Positions 37,101 to 49,400 of a DNA stretch of 64,000 nucleotides are shown here, piece after piece. The stretch spans positions 1 to 64,000 of the forward strand of contig DF237189.1 of NCBI GenBank assembly GCA_000708835.1, given 5' to 3'. Both the position numbers and the translations under genes were made by a program. The DNA comes from Klebsormidium nitens. Its lineage: Eukaryota; Plantae; Klebsormidiophyceae. Each line of letters begins with the position of its first letter. Positions within the stretch are counted from its first letter, which is position 1. The notes beneath the pieces were generated by a model. It worked only from the letters and a program-made list of their open reading frames with translations. It was not told the DNA's origin and ran no database searches.

Positions 37101-38777
37101 GAATCATCTCGGTTGGCAGAAGGGCTGCTCTGAAAAGCAGAGGAGTTTCGAGCACTAACCTGGTTCGCTCGCCGGCGGCCCTCAAACGTGAACGGGTATG
37201 TCACAACGCCCACCGTCAAAACCCCCGCCTCCTTTGAAAGGCGTGCTACAACCGGTGCCGCCCCACTGCCAGCTGTCCAAGATACAAAAATAGTGATCCA
37301 GGGCTGCAATTCAAGGTACGTGAGTACTATCTTCTCTTTCTTCTAGTACAACACCAGAGCCACTTTTACATACGGTAGATGACCACTGTCCTCTGTCAAA
37401 CACTGCAACGCAAATGAACCTGTTGCCCATGTTGCCACTAAGCACACTGTGGATGATCAGCCCGGAAAGGTGATGAACGAAGCGAAGAATCCTTCTCAGT
37501 GCCCGCACGTTGGACCGCTGACCAGCGGACAGACACCAAAGAAACCAGCTGACAACGAATGATAGACTGCAACCGGAGTCCACTCACTCCCGCCGCCCAT
37601 CCCCGCTGTGATAAAGATCATGTCTGCGTCCTGAACCGCGAACGCCAGCGCTTCCTGCGACTCCTCAGCCGCCTGCTCCCCCAATTCCGGTTTCCCGCCT
37701 GTGCCCAGACCCCGTGTCAACTCCTGCCCAATCTGCAGCTTGTCGTGTGCCGCTGACGTCACCAACGCCTGCGAGTCAGTGTTGACCGCCAGGAATTCGA
37801 CGCCCTGCACGGACGCGGAGCTTGATTAGCTGCGCAGGAAAGTTGCCCTAAGTGGACTGATATTGAATGCCGAAGCAAAGCTGATAAGTATCGATATTTC
37901 GAGGTATTCCACGCCCCTAACAATTTACAGCTGGAAGAATGAGATCCATCAATGACAAAGGTGCCCGTCTTCAGGCGGCAAGGCTCAGATCTGGCGGAGT
38001 GATGTCCAGTGACAGGTCAACTGGATTACTTGGCGATCAGGGGACTTCCAACAAAAAGGAATCATATGACAAGACTTCGCACGTGCACACTTGTCCACAG
38101 CATCGAGATTGAGAATGGAGCGAACCCCGACTTCATACAAGATCGAGAGGAGGTTGTGTACCGAAGGAGGCTGTTCTGGAGGCGAGACATAATCTGGCCA
38201 ACTCTGCGCATTACAATGTCATTTACTATAGCATCTGGACCCACCTGTAATCCGCTCCCCACCATCCTGTTCACAGCATTGCCACCCCCCCCTCCAACAC
38301 CTGAACCCAGGAGAAAGCTAGGCATGAAGTGGAGGAAGAGCGAGAGATTCTTAAACCTGCATTTTTGAATCCACAAACCTCACACCACTAGCTTGATGGA
38401 CATTTTGCATATTAGATTGGTGGACAATCTGCACAATCCGCAACAAGGGTGCAACAAGAGCTGAGAACCTCTTTGTGTTGTGAGGTACCTATTCAGCCTT
38501 TGTCCAAATACATCAAGCTAAGCTCTGCACATTAATTAAGACAACGACCTGTATGCAGACTTATGTCCGTAAGAAACTCACCAATGACTTTGATGTTTGC
38601 CTGATCAGGGCGGCCCCTGGCTCTAACCACCGCCCTGCATCTGGAGTGTCTTGGCTTTGGCCTGTCACCAGCTGTCTCAAAGAGGGCCTGACCCTTGAGA
38701 AAGGAGCCAGCGGAAGATGGTGCTACGGCGGGGGCTTGGGAAGGAGAGCAAGAGTGTCGACTATCAGGGCGGCTCAT
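34126..38777 (-). CDS. FtsZ1: Plastid division protein FtsZ1, 7 coding exons
   Basis: Exons 38777-38582, 38300-38245, 37804-37588, 37272-37160, 35885-35718, 35114-34881, 34374-34126. Motifs: [32 protein letters not shown] (tubulin signature), [28 protein letters not shown] and [28 protein letters not shown]. The FtsZ2 C-terminal core motif is absent. An AG acceptor directly precedes the ATG, so an upstream exon is possible. Confidence 0.94.
35990..36575 (-). repeat. Array of ~5 decayed copies of the FtsZ1 intron-4/exon-5 junction
   Basis: Copies of cag|GCGTTGGACGCGATCGAGAAC..CACGTGGACACG start at 36043, 36156, 36292, 36401 and ~36571, upstream of the real exon start at 35885. Confidence 0.85.
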
Positions 38778-40445
38778 CTGTAAAGACACGAGTGGATCGT
38801 TGTTGGAAAACCATTTCTTGAGCTGAACGCTCTTGCGGAAGCTTGTTGAGTTGAGGAAATTTGGCATACATTGAGCGTAATAGGGGTGTGAATCGATTCG
38901 GATACTCAGCAAGCAGCATACAGAAGGGTCCCGTGCGCTTGCAGAATGAACCAAAGCCTTCCAGAAAGTTGCGCGGATTACTTCAAAGTGAGGGATAATG
39001 ATGATGTGCAAGTGCTAGGTTGAAGAGTGGAGGAAGGCAACAGCCATTCTCTTAGGAGTGGCCTTGGATGTGACAGCGTCCACCACGCTGTTTTGCTCCT
39101 AGCCTGAAAGCCGAACTTTAGGATGCTCTGGAGTGCCATTTTGTTGAAGTGTCTCCCTTCAAAAGATCACTTCCCTGCACACTTCAATACTGTGCAACAA
39201 GAGTACCTTGAACTTCTACACCAAATTTCAAAAGGTCCTTGACTATGCAGTCTTTTCTGCCACGCTGATGAGATGCAGTTGGTCATAGATCGACAGACGT
39301 ATCAGATTTGCAGTCAAGCAACAGGTGAGTCCATTATTTTGGCAGGTTCGTCCAGAAGCCAAGGAAAGCAAAGTTCTCTGCTTCAGGATGCAAATCTGCC
39401 AATCTGTTGAGACCAAAATGCAACAAACAGGAAGTCGTTCTCGTAAGTACTTCTTGTCGTGATAACATGTCTTCAAGTATTCATATTGCCACTACACTGT
39501 CTCCGTTACAATCAAAGTACCTGAAATGCAGTGTTTGCCTGAAGATCTCGATGCGGATGACTGGTGCATTCGTGCCGCTCGTCGAACGCCCTTGGCTGAT
39601 GCGCGCCAAAGCTGCCGTAAAGGCTGCATCTCTGTAAGGAGGTCGCTGCCATCATCTTTAAGAATGCCTCCCTCGACCCTGCTCTCTAGCTAGAGCTAAT
39701 TCTGAAAAGATGGAAGCCGCTTCTGACCTTCAGCAAAGGTAGTAGGCAAGTAAACGCCGCGTCAAAGGACAAATGCACCACGCCGCAGCCTGTTGTAGAG
39801 AATAATTGGACGTTTCTGGCCTGTAGCCTGCCGCTTTTCTCAACTTTCAGAACAGCACCGACAACTTGAAGTTGAAGTTCTCGGAAGCACACAAACGAGG
39901 AGATGAGTTCTGCCAATGGTGCCAATGCAGGCACAGCTGTGCTCTATTCTGCCCAATTCCAACTCTTTCGCGCCAAATTCCAAGAGGATGAGGAACCCGA
40001 TCGGTAGGCGTTTACCGTGCACTTTACTGGCAATCGCTGGGGGTATTGTTCTCCATGGTATGCACCCGGTAGATGTTTCACCAGGTCCTCTCTTTGAGTT
40101 GACGTCAGCAGCTGCCAGGTGTCAGGATTGTATTGGACGATAGCGCCAGCAGGGCGGTCTGATCAGTTCGTACTCATCCTATGATCTAGGTATCTGCGTT
40201 GCTGTGGCCTATTCCCTGCTTTGCTCAGATCTTGCTCCCCGTGTTCAAAGTTAATCTCTCGAAATCGATTGCTGGACGCTGAGCGCAGCGTATGTGTGGG
40301 TGTCTCCGCCCTTGAACACTTTTGTGTATGCGCACCGGGTATTTGTGTGCGCTGTTTATACCACCACCAGCTTGATCGTCAAACAGCGTCCGCTAATCAG
40401 ACTTTGGCGTAGCTGCCCAAGTGTCAGTACCAGGGTGGAGGTACG

Positions 40446-43400
40446 ATGGACATTGCAGAGCTGCATGGCATCCTGCAGCTGTGCCTGAGTGGTGATTTGG
40501 CGCAGCGGAAAGCGGGCGAAGAGCGCCTCAAGGAGGTGAGATGTCTGTTCTTCCGTGTCCACTTGCCAGCTAGTGCGTCGTGTTGCTAGTGTCATATGAT
40601 GGACTTTGTACGTCAAAGGGCGTCAGGTCTTGGATTCTTCACCGCCTTTACTTGGAGTAACAGGCTTCAGGAGTACCGCTTTTGTTTTCTGCTTGACAGA
40701 AGTTTTAGGGTTCCATTGAGAGGCGCTGATAATGGTTCTTCAGATGGGCCCACATCGTTACCAAGATGCAAGCACCAGACCTCACCTGTATATTTGGGCA
40801 AGGGAACCTAGATCTCATGTTTATCGCCCGGGAGGGTCCAGTCAAAGCTGCCTACTCATTGACTTCCTCGAGCACATATTCAATGAGTCCATGGCGCCAG
40901 CAATCCATGCCCATACGTGCAATGCTGGGTCTCACAACTTGCTGGAACAACAGCATTTCAAGACAGTGACCCTGTCTTTATGATCTTGTTTTTGTTTCAG
41001 GGCCCCTGATTGGCGTGTCTCAAGGATTATGTTTTTGTCTCTGGACTTATGTCTTGGTCAACAGTCCTAATGCAGCCTATTTCTTCCGTTTGCAGTTCCA
41101 GTATGGCCCTGGCCACCTGGTCCTCCTGCTGCAGACGATTGTTCAGGAGTCTGTCGACCTCGCGATCCGCCAGGTGGCGTCGATCCATTTCAAGAACCTT
41201 GTGGGCAAAGAGTGGGAGGTCGATGATGGTAGGTGGTGCTTATATTCAAAAGTGCACCCATGACCCCACGTTGTCAGTTAAAAAGCGCGTTTTGATATGA
41301 TTCAAGTGGGCGCATGCACAGTGGCCCTCCTCCAGTCTGCACTAATCATCGATGAGAATCTTGCCATTGCACTCCTATGGCAAAGAAGTAGATCTCACCG
41401 GTTGGCTTTCTTGAAGCATGTTGCGGTGGCGCCCCGACCTTTTTCATTGGTCTGGTCTGACATGGCACGTGCGTTGTGGCTGCAGGCGAGCAGGAAAAGT
41501 TCTCGGAGCAGGATAAGAAGATTGTGCGGGACAACCTGCTGGAGGCGATCATTCAGGCGCCGCACATCATCAGGTACGCCAGCGGTGTGGCACGATAGGA
41601 GATTGAAGCCGTGTCAAACTTGTGGACTTGGCGATCCTGACCTGATTGACGAGATTGAGAACGGGTAGCTCGCGGAAGTAGCACGGTTGTGCAATAGGCT
41701 TCACAGGGGTAGCACAGTTGTGCGAACAGGTTCCAGGTCAAGTGGCGAAGCGGTCGCTGAAGGGGCATCTCTTGTAAGTCCGCTTCGCTGCTGGAGCACA
41801 GCGCAAGTAGATTTGGCTTGGTGAGGGATGAAATGAGCTCTGTGCGAGGAAATGTTGCCAGGCGTGTGGCACCCGTAGGCAAGCTGTTAGCCAGGTCGAG
41901 TGGGGGCAACTGGAAAGGGGAATGCAATGATGCAAGGGCAGGCTGCCTATTGCACAGGCTGCGCATTGCAGGGAATGCTGTTCGGTACGATGCAAACCGT
42001 GTGACCCCAGACACTTGCACCCTTAAAAGCCCACCCTGAAATCAAATACCTGATTTTTCGTTGAGTTCTGACTTCACTAAGATAGACCCACTCATTTAGC
42101 AAGACTAGCATCATTGCACATCGCAGGGCCGAGGCGCTGACTGCATTCCAGTCCAGAGGGGCGAGAAGCGCCACCAAAGCACCACCTCAGCAGATTGAAA
42201 AATTCGTCCTTGCTTGTATCCTCCTTTTTTGTGAGCCCCACACACCAATAATAAGAAACATAGGGGGATAAGCACACACACAAAAAGGGAACAAAAAAAG
42301 GAGAATACTGAGTGTACTTGGCCTCACCCAAGGGGATTGGTTTGACAGGTTGCCTCCGCAACGGTGACGATTGTCGGCGACCTCCTTGCAGGACGCAGCT
42401 GGGCGAGTGTATGAAGAGCATTGTGCACGCGGACTACCCGCAGCGTTGGCCGCAGCTGGTGCCCCTTTTGGATAGCAACATGAAGGCAGGCGCGGCACAC
42501 CCGCAGCGCCTCTACGGGGCCCTCTACACGCTGCGCATCCTGGCCCGCAAATACGAGTAGGTCACATCTCTTGACTTGTCATCTGTTAGTTTCAATTTTG
42601 TTCGCTGTGATGCTTGTGATCTTACTTCCATGGTCATTATAATGTCTTTCTAGGCCTCCAAGCACTGCCACAGCGTCCCAGTTGGCTCACAGATTGTCCA
42701 TGCCGATTATTTGTTGTTCGTTTGCTGAGGCATATGTTTGCGTTTTCTTGCCTCACTTATTTGCCTCACAGAGTACAATGATCAAGGTGGCTGTCGTCGG
42801 TGTTATAGGCTTTATGGTCCTGGATCTGAGGAATTCGAGGAGTTGAGTTTTAAGCATTGGTTCGCAATGGTGTTGACTTCAACCGGACACGTCAGGACGG
42901 ATTGGAACGCTTTGGGGGCATGTAGACCCGGTTCTGCAATCCGTACTTCTTGCTGGTTGTGCAGGTACGGACGAGCGAGCGCGATTGAGAATAAACGACG
43001 CCCCTCGGTCTGCCATTCATCTGTGTTCAACGTACACTTCTTGAAATACAAGCGAGGTAACCGAAATGGCAGTATTGTCGAAACCAAGAACGTATCTTCG
43101 GGGTGTGCAGGTTCCGGGACGAGGACGAGCGCGCGCCGCTGGTGGCGGTTGTTGCGGAGGTGTTCCCGTACCTGCTGTCCATCTTCCAGGGCCTCCTCGC
43201 GGTGCCGTCCCCCCCCATCGAGGTCGCCGAGCTGCTCAAGCTGCTCTGCAAGATCTTCTGGTCCACGAACTATGTGAGCGTCACGATCCCTTTCTGCTCG
43301 AAAACCTGTTGACCCGCTTTGGAGAGGTTTCGGCATCGCGTTTCCAAACTTGCAGTCCGTCACATAATACCGGTCATCTCATATCGCAAGTGGTCGGAGT

Positions 43401-46400
43401 CCTTGCCTTCGTGTTCTCGCCTTCGCTTGAGCTGACTTGAGTCTGAAGCAGAGGTGCAGAAACACGTCGGCTCGAGATTTGGTGACATATTTTCTTTTTA
43501 CGCAGCATATGTCTTTGTTGATCTTTTGTTGTCTCTCTTGTCCGAGCAGTGAATTGCAGAGCGCCCCATAAAAGCTGCATTGTGAGTTCGCCATGAGCCT
43601 TGCAGAAGAGAAGGGCGCCAAACCGTTTGGACCGTTGGGCAGTCAGAGTGACACCCCATGATCATCTGCTATAATCAGCGGTCCTACATGAGGGAGACTT
43701 CCTTAATCAGCGTGTTTGCCAAATGTTTCAAGGTTGTCAGAAGTTCTGCTGGTTCTCGTATTTCGAACTCAAATCGCAGCATTCGAGTGAGCACGACATG
43801 CATTCGAGTGAGCACGACATGCAGAAGATGCTTCGGTCGAGATGAGGTTTTCACGTTGTAAAAAAAACGTGGGACTGTCCACGAGCAGAGACACGAGTCC
43901 TTAGGGGTGGCTTGTAAAGTTGCTGAAGAAAAAGCGTTCCTTGGAACCTTTAATGTCGTCTTTTCATCTCTATCGAAAAAGCCACTGGTTGTCCCACCCC
44001 TCACCTCTTCCAGTCCTAAGCGACACGTGGGCCCCACCTCACACTTTATCCCTCCATTTCTACCCGCCCAGCTGGAGATCGCTCAGCCGCTGCTCGACAC
44101 GCCAACGTTCACGGCGTGGATGACGTGCTTCCACAGCCTGATCGAGCGGCCGGTGCCGCTGGAGGGCCAGCCGACGGACCCGGACGTGCGCAAGAACTGG
44201 CCGTGGTGGAAGGTCAGGAAGTGGGCGCTGCACATCGTCAACCGCCTCTTCAGCAGGTGCGACTTTTCCTCACTTTGATTTCCAGAGCTTCTTCACCAAG
44301 ATTTTCGTCCGCCTGTTTGGAAGAACAATTGTTGTCTGCGTTTATCTCGAAACAATCACTTCAGTGTCTCGACCTTCCAGTTTCTGCGGTTTCTGGAGGC
44401 TGGGGACGTGTCGTCGTAGCTGATAAGTGAGCAGGGGATCGTGATTTAGCACACTGCGCATCGCTCTCGCCCTACATTTGGGTCTCGGCGTGCAAGCAAG
44501 CACGACAAGTGGGAATCAGTAAATGCTTCGTCACGTTGTCAGCACTCTATCGGCATGTAGCGACCACGTTGGACCGTGCCGCTAAAGGTGCGATGGCAAG
44601 ATCTCATGAACTGTGGTCTTTTGAGGCTTTTCAACGTGGGTTACGGAACATACTATAGAACGTCTGGCTCCCTTTGGTCGGCGGCAGAGTCCTGGAAAAA
44701 GAGCTTCCTTGTCGTTCTGTAAGACAAGGACGGGGCTGATAGTGCCCTGTGACATGGCCACTGCTGCGACCAGTTGAGGCCAGTCAGGCTTTTCCAAAAT
44801 TGATATAGGATCTCCAAAGTCAATTCATCTTCACTTCGGTTCTGAACGGTCGGTTACTCTCAGGAGTTGGTTTCACTGAGCAGTTCGTGTCACTAAGATA
44901 AGAATTTCTCTTCCAGGTTCGGCGACCCCAAGTACGTGAAGGAGAGCCAGGTCCAGTTTGCGCGCAACTTCTCGCGCCACTGCGCCACCAAGTTCCTCCA
45001 CTCCTACCTCAACGTCCTCGCCATCGTGCGCGAGGGCGGTTATCTCCCTGACCGCGTGGTTAACCTAGCGCTCTCTTACTTAACCACGGCGATCCCCAAG
45101 AAGGAGCCGTACCAGGCGATGAAAGCGCACATGGACGTGATCCTGTTTCAGATTATCTTCCCGCTGATGTGCTTCAGTCAGCAAGACGAGGAGCTCTGGC
45201 AGGAGGACCCGCACGAGTACGTCAGGAAAGGATACGGTGAGGCATTGCTCCTTAGTTGAATAATCAAGCCGCTGAGAATATCACTTCTGTTCAAGAGGAA
45301 CCAGATTCTTGGGTTTTAACATGAAAGAACGTTCAGTTCTCGTATGATGAGCCTTTCGAGTGAGGAAAGGATGTTCAAGCATACATTCGGAAGGGTGCGG
45401 TGAACTTGCGTAAAATAGTAAGAAATGGTCTGGGCTTGCCTAACTTGCTAGCATCTTTGATCCTGAACGGCGGTGAACCTCTTCTTCGTTGATATCTTCC
45501 GACGACAGATGGGCGGGGCTAATTTTCCTACTTTTGAAAATGTGGGCTCCTATTCAGTTATCGACATTTCTCTGCGGAGTGTTGATTGCTATTGTTTGTA
45601 TACAAGAAAAGCTTTACGCATTCTAGCTGGTCAACGAAGTGCTCTGTTCGTGCAGACATCATCGAGGACATGTACAGCCCCCGTACGGCGGCCATCAACT
45701 TCGTGACGGAGCTCGTCCGAAAACGAGGCGCCGACAATCTGCCCAAGTTTATCACCTTCATCGTCAACATCTTCACCAGGTAACTTGGCGTGCTAGTTCC
45801 TTTTTCCTCTACAATGCATTGCTTCGGTCGAGGTGTTTCTGCACCTACATCGACGAGGACTCCAGGAATCGGAAGCCTTTCAAGTCTGATTGTTTGGGCA
45901 TTCTGTAAGAAGATATGCGGACGGAGGTTTAAACTGAATCGATGTCGAGCTGTGGGCGATATCAATCTGTCCGCACAGTCTCACATTCTTATGGATCCAA
46001 GCTTTCTGCAGATTCTGGTTACCTGCTACACGTCCGAACATTCTGCGATCTGAATCGGTTTGAGCTGAAAGGTCTTGTTTCAAGTCGACCACGTTTTGCA
46101 ATTCGTTTGCGCATTCGTTTCACAGTGTAAATCACCAAAGGTGAAGACAAATAAACCCATACATTTCTCCCCCCGCCTCCTCAGGTACACGGAGGCCCCC
46201 CCGGAGCAGAAGCCGTTCCGCGAGAAGGACGGCGCGCTGTTGGCGATTGGCGCGCTGGCGGATCGGCTGAAGCAGCAGGAGCCGTACAAGAGCGCGCTGG
46301 AGCAGATGCTGCTGGAACACGTCCTGCCAGACTTTCAAAATAGTCACGGCCACCTTCGGGCCAAGGTGAGAATAGGGTCCGGACAAGTCTTTTGAGCATT

Positions 46401-49400
46401 CTCTCTTGCAATACGAACTTCCCTTCGGAAAACTGCATGGCAGAGAAGGTTCGGGGGCTTCCCATGACCTATGAAGCAGCCGGCCAAGAGCTTTCTGAGG
46501 TCTCGTTCGTCGTTTTGACAAGTGCCAGTCAAGGTAGGAACCGGTTCTAGGAATTTTGGAAGCGAAACGGCGGCTTGGATTCCAGGGTTTTGAATGCAAG
46601 TGCTTCGAGCTCTGGAGTAAGCTTTCAATCTTTTGAGCACATCTTGACTGCTGCTGCCAGGCTCTCGACTCCTCGATCGTGCGGGCTTTTGATAAGTAGA
46701 AGCTTAGCGCTGATGTGGGGCTTTCAGGCAAGGGCATTAGGGATGTTGGCACCCGGCGCTGCCGCTGGCAGGACATCATCATACACATAGAGAAGCTCCA
46801 GGCTCTCAGCACCGGGGGCCGTTTGTCATTCTGGGGAAATGTCGAAGCTGGTCCTTTTTCATCATTCGGCCGCTCTTGCGAAAGGTAACCCTAGCCATCT
46901 CCTTAAGTGCACCGCTGACGTCACCTTACTCTTTGTATCCGCCTTTCAGGCGGCGTGGGTTGCGGGCCAGTATGCGGACACCGAGTACAAGAACCTACAA
47001 AGCTCATCCGCACATCGGACCAATTTTGCGAGCGCAATGTCAGTAGTCGCTGACGTCACCCTGCTTTCTTTCCTATCCAGGCGGCGTGGGTGGCGGGGCA
47101 ATATGCGGACATCGACTACAAGAACGTGCAAAACTTCAACGCGCAGCTGCAATGCATTGTCAACTGCTTGCGAGACCCGGACCTGCCCGTGCGCGTCGAC
47201 GCTGTCGTTTCGCTCAGGAGCTTCGTGGAGGCCATTGAAGGTCAGACTTCGTTCCTTGAATGTTTTTCGAACACCAGGTTGTAGACGCTCTTCAGGACGC
47301 TGCTCGAGAGTTTTGCTGTTGAATAATGCCGTCCTTATCATCTCCTACCTTGCCTCAGGGAGGCTTTACGGGGACCTCTTGGATGTCGATTTCTTTTGCT
47401 TCATTGTCGTTTTGGAGAATCGGAAGAATGCTTCACGACCAGCGTCGCTGCGAATCTCGGGTTTCTGTTGTTTGGAGAGTCTTCCCTCAATCTTTCGAAG
47501 AGTCTTACCTCGATATCTTGCCAAGATGACGAGAGTTTGCAGCGGTTCTTGCGCAGCGAGGATTTCGGCTTCTCGTATTCCGTACCGCTTTCATGTGCCT
47601 TCTTTTCTGTACTCAATCCTTACAAAGTACACAGACAAGCCGTTCGCTGAATTGCAGCCCACTTCATTGACTCCGTTGGCTCGCTTTTGCAGATCTCAAC
47701 CTGCTGCGGCCTATCTTGCCGCAACTGTTGGACGAGTTCTTCAAGCTCATGAACGAGGTCGAGAACGAGGACCTCGTGTTCACGCTGGAGACGATCGTCG
47801 ACAAGTTCGGGGAGGAGATGGCGCCCTTTGCGCTTGGCCTCGTGCAAAACCTGGTGAGGCGTCCAGCCCAAAGTACAAATCTTTTAAGCAAGCTGCTGTT
47901 TGGATCGAGAGTTTTGTGGTCAGTTGCTGATGCAGAAGTGTAAAAAATTAGTTGGTTCCAGAATCGGCAGGGTGCCCGGATGGTGCTGCGAGGACGCTAT
48001 TGACGCCTCAAGACTTGCCAACATGGAGGAACATGAACGAATTCTTCAAAACTCAGTAATGTCCCTACGGTTGACCCAGACAAAAAGTTCCGACGGCCTC
48101 CTTCAGCGTAGGCCCTATTCCATCCTTCGATGGCGTGTGTGACTAAACCTATAACGCAAAACGTCAGATGGCACCTACAAACTTTCTGGATTTGTCGACT
48201 ACGTATGATCTTATTCTACCAGCTTGGACTGTTAGCTGCGAGTGATTCCTTTCCTCGTCGACCTCCTTGTTTTTCCCCTCGTGTCCCTCCTCTTGTTACT
48301 CCAGCGTCACACCCAGAGACGACTTTTCTTTGCAGGCCGCCGCGTTTTGGAAGTTCGTGAAGGCTGACGAGGACAACGAGGAGGAGGACATGGGCGCGCT
48401 CGCGGCGGTGGGGTGCCTGCGCGCGATCAGCACCATCCTGGAGTCCATCAGCAGCCTGCCGCACCTCTACCCGCAGCTGGAGCCAATTCTGCTGCCCATC
48501 CTCAAACAAATGCTCACCTCCGACGGACAAGGTACGTAGCGGCCGGAGCATATGTCTCTTTCCATTTTGTCTCTTTTCCAAAACTGCTACCTTACAAGTA
48601 CTGCTTGGTATTCGGGTTGCGTTGGCATCGAGGGTTTGTTTTGAACAGATGCTCGCATTTGATGGATAGGGTGCGTATGGCGAAAAGGCGAGCGATGCCC
48701 CAATTTCGAGTTGTTTTCCTGTTTGAAGACTTGTCTTTTCGTCTTTTCGTCTGTTTGGCCGGAAAACTTGTCGTTGCTGAAGAGATGCCTGGACTTAAGG
48801 TACTGAGGGTAAGTCAGTGGTTGGGGGACCGGAAAACTTCGGATGTCTCCTCAATACAGGTCCAACGAACCGTCGAAAATTGAAAGTGCCGGAACGTTTG
48901 GATCTTCCCAACTACTTCCCGAGATCATTCGCGCAATCATCACGAACGTTTCAGGATAAAAAGCTACCACTGACTCCCTCGTCAACATAAACCAAGCCCC
49001 TTCGAAATTGTCTCAAACGGTTTCTCTGTTGTTCGCAGACGTATACGAAGAGATCATGGAGATTCTGTCCTACGTCACCTACTTCTCCCCGTCCATCTCC
49101 CCCCAAATCTGGGCCCTCTGGCCGCTGCTCATCGAGTCGTTGCGCGAGTGGGCGGTGGACTACTTCGAAAACATGCTGGTGCCGCTCGACAACTTCATCT
49201 CGCGCGGTACCGACCACTTCCTGACAGCGGAGGAGAACTACCCGAAAAGCGTGTACGACCTCGTAGAAGAGGTGCGCTGAAGTTTCTGATCTTCTTTGTG
49301 ACATCCAAAAGCTGTGCCGGTGCAATCCTACCGCTTTGAAAATCGCACGGTTTCAGCCTACTTGCTTTTGAAACTATCTTGTTTGGGTGCTGTTAAGATG

